Part shown: piece by piece, positions 9,856 to 19,570 of the stretch | Numbering within the stretch: the first letter of the stretch is position 1 | Layout of the letters: every line of letters begins with the position of its first letter | Assembly: GCA_963675755.2 (NCBI GenBank) | Contig: CAXXMD010000003.1 | Coordinates: 3,296,001-3,360,000, forward strand | Reading direction: 5' to 3' | Origin: a bacterium | GTDB lineage: Bacteria > Zhuqueibacterota > Zhuqueibacteria > Residuimicrobiales > Krinioviventaceae | Length of the DNA: 64,000 nt | The notes under the pieces: generated by a model | Database searches by the model: none | Told to the model about the DNA's origin: nothing | What the model saw: the letters and a program-made list of their open reading frames with translations, nothing else | Position numbers and translations under genes: made by a program

Positions 9856-11247
9856 ATGAATAATCAGAAAATTAAAGTTGATCTCGATTTGATCAAAAAA
9901 TATGATCAGCCGGGTCCCCGTTATACCAGTTATCCTACCGCGCCATATTTTCATGACGGGATAACCGAAAAAGAGTATTTGCAGCATATTGACAGTGATG
10001 ATAAATCCTATGCTGTGCGCGATATATCCTTGTACTTTCATATCCCTTTTTGTAACAGCTTGTGTTATTTTTGTGGATGTAACTCTTTTGTAACCAAAAA
10101 GCCGGGTGTAATGGAGCAATATATTGATTATCTAGAAAAAGAGATTAGAATGATTGCCGAGCGGCTGGGGCAAGACCGGCAGGTAGCCCAATTACATTGG
10201 GGTGGCGGTACACCCACTTATTTATCTCCGGATATGATAAAGCGATTGGGTGATACAATTCACAAATATTTTAACTTTAAGGATGACGCAGAAGTTGGCG
10301 TTGAAATCGATCCGCGTGGACTGACCCGTGATCATTTCAAAGCACTCTATGAAGCAGGATTTAATCGCAGCAGCATGGGCGTGCAGGATTTTGATCCACA
10401 GGTGCAGGAAGCGGTCCACCGCATTCAGCCTGAAGAAATAACCATGCAGGCGCTGAAATGGGCCCAGGAATTTGAATTTGAAAGCATGAATGTTGATTTG
10501 ATGTATGGTTTGCCGTTCCAAACCGTAGATAAATTTTCGGAAACCATTGATAAAGTCATTAAAATGGACCCTGATCGTCTGGCGGTCTTTAATTATGCGC
10601 ATTTACCGAATATTATGAGACATCAGCGCGTTATTAAAGAAGAGACGTTGCCCAAACCCGAGGTGAAACTGCAATTGCTGAAAATGACCATTGAAAAATT
10701 ATCAGACGCAGGATATGTTTACATTGGTATGGATCATTTTGCAAAACCGGATGATGAGCTGACAATAGCCATGCATGAAGGTACCCTTTATCGGAATTTT
10801 CAGGGATATTCTACACATGCTGGTTTGGATCTGTTTGCCATGGGTATGTCGAGTATCAGCATGATGTCTGAACTGTATGTACAAAATTACAAGACTCTGG
10901 AAGATTATTACAAACCCCTCGATGAAGGCAAATTACCTGTTATGCGCGGTTATCAATTAAACTCTGACGATATATTGCGCAGAGATGTAATAACCGATCT
11001 GATGTGCAATTTTAAACTTGAAAAATCCAAGGTTGAGAAAAAGTATGACATCCGGTTCGATGACTATTTTGCAGATGCACTGGAAGACCTGATTTCTTTT
11101 GAACAGGACGAGCTGGTAAAGCTGGAAGCTGATAAAATTACCGTATTACCACAGGGACGGTTGTTGATTCGAAATATAGCAATGAAATTTGATTATTATC
11201 TGAGACAAAAAACAAACGATAAACCTCAATATTCGAGAACGGTATAA
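9856..11247 (+). CDS. hemN: Oxygen-independent coproporphyrinogen III dehydrogenase (radical SAM)
   Basis: GPRYTSYPTA trip-wire, HIPFCNSLCYFCGC, GGGTP, IGMDHFA and RNFQGY, typical of true HemN rather than HemW. Confidence 0.95.
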   Translation: MNNQKIKVDLDLIKKYDQPGPRYTSYPTAPYFHDGITEKEYLQHIDSDDKSYAVRDISLYFHIPFCNSLCYFCGCNSFVTKKPGVMEQYIDYLEKEIRMIAERLGQDRQVAQLHWGGGTPTYLSPDMIKRLGDTIHKYFNFKDDAEVGVEIDPRGLTRDHFKALYEAGFNRSSMGVQDFDPQVQEAVHRIQPEEITMQALKWAQEFEFESMNVDLMYGLPFQTVDKFSETIDKVIKMDPDRLAVFNYAHLPNIMRHQRVIKEETLPKPEVKLQLLKMTIEKLSDAGYVYIGMDHFAKPDDELTIAMHEGTLYRNFQGYSTHAGLDLFAMGMSSISMMSELYVQNYKTLEDYYKPLDEGKLPVMRGYQLNSDDILRRDVITDLMCNFKLEKSKVEKKYDIRFDDYFADALEDLISFEQDELVKLEADKITVLPQGRLLIRNIAMKFDYYLRQKTNDKPQYSRTV

Positions 11248-11249
11248 TC

Positions 11250-12212
11250 ATGCCTACTGCAGTTTTGTTATGCAATATGGGTGGCCCTGATTCATTGGAT
11301 GATGTGCAGCCCTATCTTGAAAACATTTTCATGGATCCGGATATTATTGATATTCCGCTTTCAGGAAAATGGAGAACCGTATTTGCCAGGTATCTCGCCA
11401 AAAAACGAGCTCCCAAATCCACAAAAATATTTGAGCATATGGGTGGCAGCAGCCCATTGCTGGAAATTACTCAAAAACAAGCGGACGGGCTTGCCGAAAG
11501 GTTAAGCAAATTGGGTAAAGATTGCAAGGTTTACCCTGCAATGCGTTACTGGCATCCCTTAATACCGGATGTTTGGCAGCAGGTTGCAAAGCAAGATTAT
11601 AAAAAAATAGTTGTAATATCGCTTTTTTCTTATTATTCTACTGCTACCGCAGGATCCATACAACGCTTGCTTTTAGAGGTTACCGGTAAATATCCGGTAA
11701 ATGCTGATGTCTATTATATTGATCGGTTTGGCAATCATCCTGAATTTATACACGCCATGGCAAAGCAAATGAAACAATTTATTGGTCATGAGAACAATCA
11801 GCAGGATGTTCATATTTTATTAAGCGCTCACAGCATTCCCCAGAGCCGGGTAGAAAAAGGCGATCCTTATCAGGATGAGATTGAAGAGGCCGTGGGACAG
11901 TTGCGAGATGAATTGCCGGAAAATTATAAATTACATATATCTTATCAAAGCAAGATTGGTCCTGTCAAGTGGCTCGAGCCGGCAACATCTGAAAAGATTG
12001 TGGAATTGGCAGAGCAGGGAGTACAAAAATTGTGGGTTTATCCGCTTGGATTTACAGCGGACAATTCGGAAACCATTTATGAAATTGGTTCTCTTTATCA
12101 TGATCTGGCAAAAGAGCATGGTATTCAAGAGTATATCCGTATTCCGGCATTGAATGATGATAATGGATTCATTGCCGCGTTAGAACGGATAATAATTGAC
12201 CATATTGACTAA
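11250..12212 (+). CDS. hemH: Ferrochelatase
   Basis: NMGGP, GGSSPL, MRYWHP, SAHSIP, YQSKIGPVKWLEP, DNSET. Confidence 0.95.
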   Translation: MPTAVLLCNMGGPDSLDDVQPYLENIFMDPDIIDIPLSGKWRTVFARYLAKKRAPKSTKIFEHMGGSSPLLEITQKQADGLAERLSKLGKDCKVYPAMRYWHPLIPDVWQQVAKQDYKKIVVISLFSYYSTATAGSIQRLLLEVTGKYPVNADVYYIDRFGNHPEFIHAMAKQMKQFIGHENNQQDVHILLSAHSIPQSRVEKGDPYQDEIEEAVGQLRDELPENYKLHISYQSKIGPVKWLEPATSEKIVELAEQGVQKLWVYPLGFTADNSETIYEIGSLYHDLAKEHGIQEYIRIPALNDDNGFIAALERIIIDHID

Positions 12213-12244
12213 AAACGGGTTAAATAAAACCAGGCAGGGTTAAA

Positions 12245-13612
12245 ATGAGTAAAACTGTAGCAGTAATCGGCGCCGGTATTTCAGGACTATGTACTTCATT
12301 CTGGCTGCATCAGAATGGTTATGATGTAACCGTATTGGAAAAACTGGACCGTGTGGGCGGATCTATTATTTCTGAAAAAAAAGATGGATTTGTTATCGAT
12401 CTGGGACCCAATACCGCCCTTGAAACCTCTGAGACTTTGAAAGAGCTGATCAAAGATCTGGGGATTGAAGATAAAAAAATATATGGCAGTTACGAAGCCA
12501 ATAACCGGTACATTGTTCGAAATGGACAATTGCACCCTCTTGCCATGTCTCCGCTCAAGTTTTTAAAATCGAAATTGTTTTCTACAAAAGCCAAAATCCG
12601 TTTAATGCGGGAACCGTTTATCAAAAAGATAGAGGCAGAAGATATCTCCTTGTCTGATTTTGTTAAATATCGACTTGGGCAGGAATTTCTGGATTATGCA
12701 ATAAATCCCTTTGTTGCGGGTGTTTATGCCGGTGATCCCGATAATTTGAGCACCCCTGCGGGTTTTCCAAAACTTTGGGCGCTGGAACAAAAATATGGCT
12801 CGTTTATTAAAGGAGCTGTTATAGGTGCCAGAGAACGAAAAAAACGCAAAGAGGTTGCCAAAGACCGCGCCAAGATGTTTTCTTTTGAAAACGGATTGCA
12901 ATTCTTTACTGATACCATGGCTGAAAAAGTGGGTGGTGTGCAAACCGGTGTGGATATTCAAAAATTAGAAAAGAACGGTACCGGCTGGAATATTACCTAT
13001 GTACAAAATGGAGAGACCCAAACAAAATCGTTTGATAATGTTGTAATCTCTACCCAAACGGATTCTATTGCACAGTTTGTAAACGACCTTTCATCTGAAG
13101 CATCTGAAGCATTCAAGAATATTTACTATCCACCGGTTACCCTGATATTTATGGGATTTAAAAAAGAGCAGATTGGCAGACCGTTGGATGGATTTGGTTT
13201 TCTGGTGCCTAAAATTGAAAACCGCAAGATATTGGGAACATTGTGGAGCTCGGTAATCTTTCCGGATCGTGCTCCTGAAGGACATGCCGCATTAACAACG
13301 TTTGTTGGCGGCACACGGCAACCTGAAATGACAGATCTGTCTGATGAAGAATTGGAAGCAGTTGTTCTGCAAGAACTGGGTGACCTGATGCAGATTAGCG
13401 GCAAGCCGGTTATTACACGAATGTTGAAATGGCCGCGTGCAATCCCGCAATATACCATGGGCTATATGAAGATCAAAGCCATGTTTGATGAACTGGAACA
13501 AAAGAATCCCGGTCTTTACTTTGCTACTAACGCGCGTCGTGGAATCAGTGTGGGCGACAGCGTATTGTGTGCGAGAGATACGTTTGAAAAAATGACCGGT
13601 ACAAAAGCGTAA
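12245..13612 (+). CDS. hemY: FAD-dependent protoporphyrinogen oxidase (HemY/PgoX family)
   Basis: GAGISGL dinucleotide fold, [21 protein letters not shown]. Confidence 0.9.
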   Translation: MSKTVAVIGAGISGLCTSFWLHQNGYDVTVLEKLDRVGGSIISEKKDGFVIDLGPNTALETSETLKELIKDLGIEDKKIYGSYEANNRYIVRNGQLHPLAMSPLKFLKSKLFSTKAKIRLMREPFIKKIEAEDISLSDFVKYRLGQEFLDYAINPFVAGVYAGDPDNLSTPAGFPKLWALEQKYGSFIKGAVIGARERKKRKEVAKDRAKMFSFENGLQFFTDTMAEKVGGVQTGVDIQKLEKNGTGWNITYVQNGETQTKSFDNVVISTQTDSIAQFVNDLSSEASEAFKNIYYPPVTLIFMGFKKEQIGRPLDGFGFLVPKIENRKILGTLWSSVIFPDRAPEGHAALTTFVGGTRQPEMTDLSDEELEAVVLQELGDLMQISGKPVITRMLKWPRAIPQYTMGYMKIKAMFDELEQKNPGLYFATNARRGISVGDSVLCARDTFEKMTGTKA

Positions 13613-13646
13613 GAATATATTTTCTATAAATGTGGAAAGGATGACC

Positions 13647-14621
13647 ATGTATACACCCTATTATCGTCCAAGAAGATTAAGACGTAATGAAAATATCCGC
13701 AGAATGGTACGTGAAAATTTTGTGAGTGTTGATGATTTATTATACCCGCTTTTTGTGGTTGAAGGCAAAGGGATTAAAAACGAGATTAAATCCATGCCCG
13801 GTAACTATCAAATGTCTATTGATGAATTGGTCAAAGAAGTAAAAGAAATTCACTCTATGGGTATTCTATCCATTATGCTGTTTGGAATTCCCGCTGAAAA
13901 AGATGCTGTGGGTAGTGATGCTACCTGTGATACCGGCATTATCCAGCGTGCGGTGAGAGAAGTGAAATCCGCAGTGCCTGATATGTATCTGGTAACCGAT
14001 GTATGTTTTTGCGAGTATACCGACCATGGCCATTGCGGTCCAATCGTTGACAATGATGTGGATAATGATGCTACGCTTGCACTGCTGGGCGAACAGGTGA
14101 TCACGCACGCCAAAGCCGGTGCAGATATGGTTGCGCCCTCGGGCATGATGGACGGTATGATTGGCGCTATTCGCGGTGCATTGGACGGAGAAGGTTTCAG
14201 TCAGATTCCGGTTATGAGTTATGCTGCCAAATACGCATCCGCTTTTTATGGCCCGTTTCGGGATGCGGCGGATTCGGCACCGCAATTTGGTGACCGACGT
14301 TCGTACCAGATGGACCCGGCAAATGCGAGAGAGGCCCTGAAGGAAGTGGAACTGGATATTGAAGAAGGCGCCGATATTGTAATGGTAAAACCGGCATTAT
14401 CTTACTTGGATATTATTTCTGCCGTGCGCGCAACCACCAATCTCCCTGTAGCCGCATATAATGTGAGTGGCGAGTTTTCCATGGTCAAAGCCGCAGCCGC
14501 AAACGGTTGGATAGATGAACAGCGTGTAGCAATGGAAATGCTGTTGTCAATGAAACGAGCGGGCGCTGATATTATTTTAACCTATTTCGCCAAAGATGTT
14601 GCCAAATGGTTGAACGCTTGA
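13647..14621 (+). CDS. hemB: Porphobilinogen synthase (Zn-type)
   Basis: [33 protein letters not shown]. Start placed at the ATG with AGGA upstream (the ORF track starts at 13632). Confidence 0.97.
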   Translation: MYTPYYRPRRLRRNENIRRMVRENFVSVDDLLYPLFVVEGKGIKNEIKSMPGNYQMSIDELVKEVKEIHSMGILSIMLFGIPAEKDAVGSDATCDTGIIQRAVREVKSAVPDMYLVTDVCFCEYTDHGHCGPIVDNDVDNDATLALLGEQVITHAKAGADMVAPSGMMDGMIGAIRGALDGEGFSQIPVMSYAAKYASAFYGPFRDAADSAPQFGDRRSYQMDPANAREALKEVELDIEEGADIVMVKPALSYLDIISAVRATTNLPVAAYNVSGEFSMVKAAAANGWIDEQRVAMEMLLSMKRAGADIILTYFAKDVAKWLNA

Positions 14622-14650
14622 TTTTAAAATAGATAATTAAAGATAAAAAC

Positions 14651-14751
14651 TGATTGTGACGCTTGTACGTCACGGGATACTATGTGGAACATGTGTACCG
14701 GACTCAAGTCCGGTAATATATCCCGCAGGGCATAAATATACCCTGCGATCA
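14651..14751. repeat. REPIN-like element copy 1 (101 bp; GATY-hairpin-GGGATA arms in inverted orientation)
   Basis: 88/101 identical by hand alignment to 14903-15003; three internal hairpins. Confidence 0.9.
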
Positions 14752-14774
14752 GGTATATATTAAATCGAGACAAC

Positions 14775-14827
14775 GATCGTGATGCATATCCATGCATCAC
14801 GGGATATTACCCGGGATATATATCCCG
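14775..14827 (+). repeat. Partial REPIN-like element (one arm plus CGGGATA-TA-TATCCCG hairpin)
   Basis: GATC GTGATGCAT ATCC ATGCATCAC GGGATA matches the reverse complement of 27987-28018. Confidence 0.8.
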
Positions 14828-14843
14828 AGCAAAAGACTTTTAC

Positions 14844-14896
14844 TCCGTCCGAAACTCTTGTTTCGGACGGAACTGAAACCCAAAACTCTGTTTTGG
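14844..14896. repeat. Second palindrome type: tandem hairpins with AAACTCT..TTT cores
   Basis: TCCGTCCGAAAC-tctt-GTTTCGGACGGA (12-bp stem) then CCAAAAC-tct-GTTTTGG. Confidence 0.7.
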
Positions 14897-14902
14897 TTCA
14901 TC

Positions 14903-15003
14903 TGATCGTGATACTTGTGCGTCATGGGATAATGTGTGGGATATGTGTACCTGACTAAAGTCCGGTATTATATTCCGCAGGGCATAAATATACCCTGCGA
15001 TCA
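14903..15003. repeat. REPIN-like element copy 2 (101 bp)
   Basis: Direct repeat of 14651-14751 at a 252-bp period. Confidence 0.9.
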
Positions 15004-15036
15004 TTGCTGAAAAGAGATTAAAAATTGGAGAAACAT

Positions 15037-16317
15037 GTGAGCAAGAGTGAACAATTGTTTGAAAAATCCAGAGCTGTCATGCCGGGCGGAGTCAACTCGC
15101 CGGTACGGGCTTTTAAATCTGTTGATCGTACACCAGTGTTTATTGCATCCGCTAAAGGCTGCAAGATCACCGATGTAGACGGAAAAGAATATATCGATTA
15201 TGTAGGATCGTGGGGACCGCTGATTTTGGGGCATGCCCATGATGAAGTTTTAGAGGCTATCAACAGCGCCGCTGCCAAAGGTACCAGCTATGGAGCTCCC
15301 ACAGAAATTGAAATTGAACTGGCGCAAAAGATTATAGATATGGTGCCATCCGTAGAGATGGTACGCCTGGTTAACTCGGGCACTGAAGCCACCATGAGCG
15401 CTGTGCGTGCGGCAAGAGGATTTACCGGCAGGGACAAGTTTATTAAATTTGAAGGCTGTTATCACGGACATGGCGACAGCTTTTTGATCAAGGCGGGATC
15501 GGGTGCGCTGACACTGGGTGAACCAACAAGTCCCGGTGTACCGAAAAACGTTGCGCAGGATACCCTGACTGCGGATTTTAATGATCTGGCTTCGGTGGAA
15601 GCTTTGTTCAGCGAATACAAAAATCAGATTGCCGGTGTGATCGTAGAACCCATTGCCGGCAACATGGGTGTTGTGCCGCCAGCGGATGGATTTTTACAGG
15701 GACTGCGCAAGCTTTGTGATGCTCAAGGAAGTGTGTTGATTTTTGATGAAGTGATGACCGGGTTCCGGGTTGCACCCGGTGGTGCACAGGAGCTGTATGG
15801 CGTTACTCCCGATCTTACCACTATGGGCAAAGTTATTGGCGGCGGTTTACCGGTAGGTGCCTATGGCGGTAAAAAAGAGATTATGAGCAAGATTTCTCCC
15901 GATGGCCCCATTTACCAGGCGGGAACGCTTTCCGGTAATCCATTGGCGGTTTCTGCAGGACTCAAAACGCTTGAGATTTTAACTCGTCCTGGATTTTTTG
16001 ATACGCTCAACGCCAAGGCGAGAGCCTTTTTTGAATATACGCAAAAGATGATCGATGAGAAAAACCTGCCCTTGACATTGAATGCTGTCAACTCTATGGG
16101 CTGCCTCTATTTTAATCCCAACAAGGTACTGGGATTCAAGGATGCGACCGCATCCGATACGGCTACATTCAGCCGCTTCTTTGGTGAACTGCTGGACAAT
16201 GGTGTGTATATCGCTCCGTCACAGTTTGAAGCCATGTTTATATCTGCCGCCCACTCGGACGATGATCTCGCCCACACCGGAGATGTCGTTGCTGCTGCAT
16301 TGGAAAAAGTGTTGTAA
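15037..16317 (+). CDS. hemL: Glutamate-1-semialdehyde 2,1-aminomutase
   Basis: [33 protein letters not shown] (PLP Lys), PSQFEA. GTG start chosen from the GGAG RBS. Confidence 0.97.
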   Translation: MSKSEQLFEKSRAVMPGGVNSPVRAFKSVDRTPVFIASAKGCKITDVDGKEYIDYVGSWGPLILGHAHDEVLEAINSAAAKGTSYGAPTEIEIELAQKIIDMVPSVEMVRLVNSGTEATMSAVRAARGFTGRDKFIKFEGCYHGHGDSFLIKAGSGALTLGEPTSPGVPKNVAQDTLTADFNDLASVEALFSEYKNQIAGVIVEPIAGNMGVVPPADGFLQGLRKLCDAQGSVLIFDEVMTGFRVAPGGAQELYGVTPDLTTMGKVIGGGLPVGAYGGKKEIMSKISPDGPIYQAGTLSGNPLAVSAGLKTLEILTRPGFFDTLNAKARAFFEYTQKMIDEKNLPLTLNAVNSMGCLYFNPNKVLGFKDATASDTATFSRFFGELLDNGVYIAPSQFEAMFISAAHSDDDLAHTGDVVAAALEKVL

Positions 16318-16332
16318 GACTTTTGAAAGAAG

Positions 16333-16360
16333 CCTCCCGGAGGTCAAGACCTCCGGGAGG
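16333..16360. repeat. Perfect 13-bp inverted repeat, REP-like
   Basis: CCTCCCGGAGGTC-AA-GACCTCCGGGAGG; each arm is itself near-palindromic; no T-tract. Confidence 0.75.
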
Positions 16361-16461
16361 TGGAAATTCCTTCCAGATTTATCTTGACATTTACTTCTAT
16401 GTTGTTGAAATTACATCCTATCTTAAACGAATACAGCATCCGGACGTAAAGCGAGAATCCT

Positions 16462-19320
16462 ATGAAATTCTGCCGTATATTGACGTGGATTATATTTAGT
16501 TGTTTCCATGTTATTTTATCTCCACTTTACCCGCAAAGCCGGGGAGTAAATCATGATCCCAATCAGATGAAAATCGGGGAAAAGCCATATGAAATGGTTG
16601 ACAGGGTGGAGCAACGTGAACCTGCGGCCACTTTTATGGATTGCAGTCAGTGGATTGTTGAAACAGTAAACTGTACTGCAGGATTGTATCGTACACAGGA
16701 AGAACGGCTTTATCGGGAGTATTGCGGTAATCTGAATTTTACAGCGACAAACAATAAAGCAGAAATAACGTTGCGACTGGTGAATCCCATTGTGTTACAT
16801 GAAGAGTGGGATTGCATCGATTTCTGGAATTTTGGGTTTCACTGGTTGTGGGGAGAACCCAAATGGCAAACCGCCATGAGCCATTACGCCCTTGTCCAGG
16901 GCAACGATGGTACAGTATATGAGCTCGATTTTACACAGGCCGGTTATCGCGGAATGGTACATAAATACTGGCACCTGAGCCACCACAAGTTAAAGGAGAA
17001 CATTGGACCTGATGCCAGGTTTATCGGATTTCGTTTCAAAGGGAACAATACTCCTGTCGATTTGGAGCAGACATTTTACCTGGGACCGGTTTATGTGTAC
17101 AAGGAAAAACTGAATGATCTGTCCTTTCAGCCATGGCCGGAAAAGCTGCCTTTTCCATTACGCAAAGAAACAATCCTTCCATTGAATAAGAGTAAAGATT
17201 ATGAAAATAGTGTTATAAAATCAGATAAGCATTTTGAATTTGTTTATAAGGACAATGACCAGGAACTGCGTTATGTGTTGGATTTGGAAAAGGATTTGTT
17301 GAGTGGTTTAACGTTAATTTACAATGATAATGAAATTCCGTTAAATCGAAATGCGAAAATATATTTCAAGGATGTGGATAGTACTGAATGGATTATTCAT
17401 AAATCCCGGTTAAAATCGGATACATTATTTGTAAACGCAAAGGCACAATTCACAGATCGTACTGTACCGTTTGATTTTTGGTATACCATCAGGCAAAAAT
17501 CAATGATAATAGGTATTTGTGAAAAGGCTGAAACAGGTTCTGTAACCAAAATTACCCTGGGTGAAACCTGGGCAGGAGAAGACGCAAAGCTGGTTACAAT
17601 ACCTTTTCTCTCCTATGGAGGTAACCGAATTCCACAAATATTGTATTCAAATGGATTGTTTTTCTTTAAACAATTTGACTGGTATGTTTCTGATGCATCT
17701 GATTTTATACCCGGCGCTAACCAAATTGAGGACGGCTGGGCAAATTATAACAAGGGTGTACGTTATATCCCCAAAACCAATGGGATTTTGAATTCGGTAA
17801 GAGAAAAGTTGTTTATTAACGTATCTGATGATGTTCAGGAGATTCTTCCCACTATTGATAATCCGAAATCTCCCATGCGGTCAGTTATGGCTAATCGCTT
17901 GTGGGAAGTAGAAGGATCGCCGGATCATAATTATTTACGTCATTGTGCAAGGGAGCAAAGGGCCTTGGGTTTGTCAAATGTTGCAGTCCGTTATCACGAA
18001 GGAATCTGGCGTGATGGTGGTGAAAGTTATACATTTCGAACCCAAACAGCACCAGGTCGTGGCGGGGACTCGGCTGTAGTGGATTTGGTTCACAATATAA
18101 AGAAAAATGGATGGCTGGTAGGATTGTATACCAATTATACCGATTATGCACCGGTCAATAAAAATTGGAATCCGGATTGGGTCAAGCGAGGACCTCATGG
18201 CGAGTGGGAAATTAGTTGGTCACGTTGTTATTCTCCAAAACCCATGATCGCCTGGGAGCAGGAACAGAATTATGCCCCGAAAATTCACGAAAAATTTGGC
18301 AGCAATCATAGCTATTGTGATGTCCATACTGCCGTGTCGCCAGTTTCAAGGGTAGATTATGATTATCGTGTTCCTGGTGCCGCTACATTCAGACGCACTT
18401 TAGAATGTTATGGATTGCTGCTTTTGAATGAAAAAAAATCGTATCATGGTCCTGTCTATTCTGAAGGTAATTATCATTGGTGGTATGCTGGACTGACAGA
18501 TGGAAATTATGGCAATGCGTATCCCCGTCTCACGGAAACTGATATATTCCCTGATTTTCAATTGTTAAAGATCCATCCCCTGGAGATGGATGCCGGTAAT
18601 GTGAATGCGATTGGAAGCGAATACCTTGCCTATACTTTGGCGTATGGACATATTGGGTTATTAAATGGGGACTTGTCTGAAAAAATAAAGCGCTATGCCA
18701 TGCTTCAACCGTTGCAGGAATATTATTCCATGATACCAGTAAAATCCATTTGCTATTTTGATGAGGGAGTATTTTATAATTCATCCGAGGCGATTCAAAG
18801 AGATCTGATCCGCGCACCCAAATTGTATCTGGAATATGAATCCGGATTAAAAGTTTATATCAATTTTTCTGATGATAATTGGAAAATTAATGTACAATCC
18901 GGAAAATATATATTACCCCAATATGGTTTTTTTGTTAGTACAGATAATCAGAGTATTACAGCATATTCAGGAATTAAAGAAGGATTGGACAATACAAAAC
19001 CCATCGAGTATTCTGAAGGAAAAGATCAATTTTATTTCGATACCCATGATCAACAAATACAAACAAATGATTTTATCTGTAATGGACAGGTGTATTTAAA
19101 AAAAGAGACATTTGGATGGGAAATAATACCCGCACGGGATTTTCAGTCCTTTGCCTTTAATCCAAAACGCCTTGGATTAGATACTGATGGCGTTATGATA
19201 GAAGGTGTAAATATTGATGATCTGCCAGTTGAGCAGGTGCAATACTCCCGGTTAGGCAAAATGATACTTTTCTCTCATGATAATAAAAATATATTTAAAT
19301 ACCGGATTTGCCCTGATTGA
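16462..19320 (+). CDS. Large exported protein, putative glycoside hydrolase-like (family uncertain)
   Basis: Signal peptide; aromatic-rich central region with YTNYTD, YCDVHTA and VYSEG, resembling GH129/DUF5696-like TIM barrels. Family is inference only. Confidence 0.5.
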   Translation: MKFCRILTWIIFSCFHVILSPLYPQSRGVNHDPNQMKIGEKPYEMVDRVEQREPAATFMDCSQWIVETVNCTAGLYRTQEERLYREYCGNLNFTATNNKAEITLRLVNPIVLHEEWDCIDFWNFGFHWLWGEPKWQTAMSHYALVQGNDGTVYELDFTQAGYRGMVHKYWHLSHHKLKENIGPDARFIGFRFKGNNTPVDLEQTFYLGPVYVYKEKLNDLSFQPWPEKLPFPLRKETILPLNKSKDYENSVIKSDKHFEFVYKDNDQELRYVLDLEKDLLSGLTLIYNDNEIPLNRNAKIYFKDVDSTEWIIHKSRLKSDTLFVNAKAQFTDRTVPFDFWYTIRQKSMIIGICEKAETGSVTKITLGETWAGEDAKLVTIPFLSYGGNRIPQILYSNGLFFFKQFDWYVSDASDFIPGANQIEDGWANYNKGVRYIPKTNGILNSVREKLFINVSDDVQEILPTIDNPKSPMRSVMANRLWEVEGSPDHNYLRHCAREQRALGLSNVAVRYHEGIWRDGGESYTFRTQTAPGRGGDSAVVDLVHNIKKNGWLVGLYTNYTDYAPVNKNWNPDWVKRGPHGEWEISWSRCYSPKPMIAWEQEQNYAPKIHEKFGSNHSYCDVHTAVSPVSRVDYDYRVPGAATFRRTLECYGLLLLNEKKSYHGPVYSEGNYHWWYAGLTDGNYGNAYPRLTETDIFPDFQLLKIHPLEMDAGNVNAIGSEYLAYTLAYGHIGLLNGDLSEKIKRYAMLQPLQEYYSMIPVKSICYFDEGVFYNSSEAIQRDLIRAPKLYLEYESGLKVYINFSDDNWKINVQSGKYILPQYGFFVSTDNQSITAYSGIKEGLDNTKPIEYSEGKDQFYFDTHDQQIQTNDFICNGQVYLKKETFGWEIIPARDFQSFAFNPKRLGLDTDGVMIEGVNIDDLPVEQVQYSRLGKMILFSHDNKNIFKYRICPD

Positions 19321-19570
19321 AAAGAATGTATATGGTTTTACTCATTATTTACTATTCTGATTAAAAAAATCATAAAAATTGGAAACTGCATAGAAATTAA
19401 AAGCCAATATTTTCAAATAGTTGTTAATTTGCTTTATCGGAAAATTTTTCCTGATAATATATCCTTTCATACCAGAAATTATGTCTCCGGCCGAAATAAT
19501 ATACAATATGAATTGTTATAAAATTCTTAAATGTTTTATGTTATTGTTGATTAACCCTATTATATAAGAA

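Noticed and set aside
14651-15003. Repeats as a CRISPR array
   Set aside because: Units are about 100 bp, only two per locus, with no regular spacers and no cas genes.
19434-19457. Imperfect palindrome TTATCGGAAAA/TTTTCC(T)GATAA
   Set aside because: Low complexity in an AT-rich spacer, with no second copy seen.
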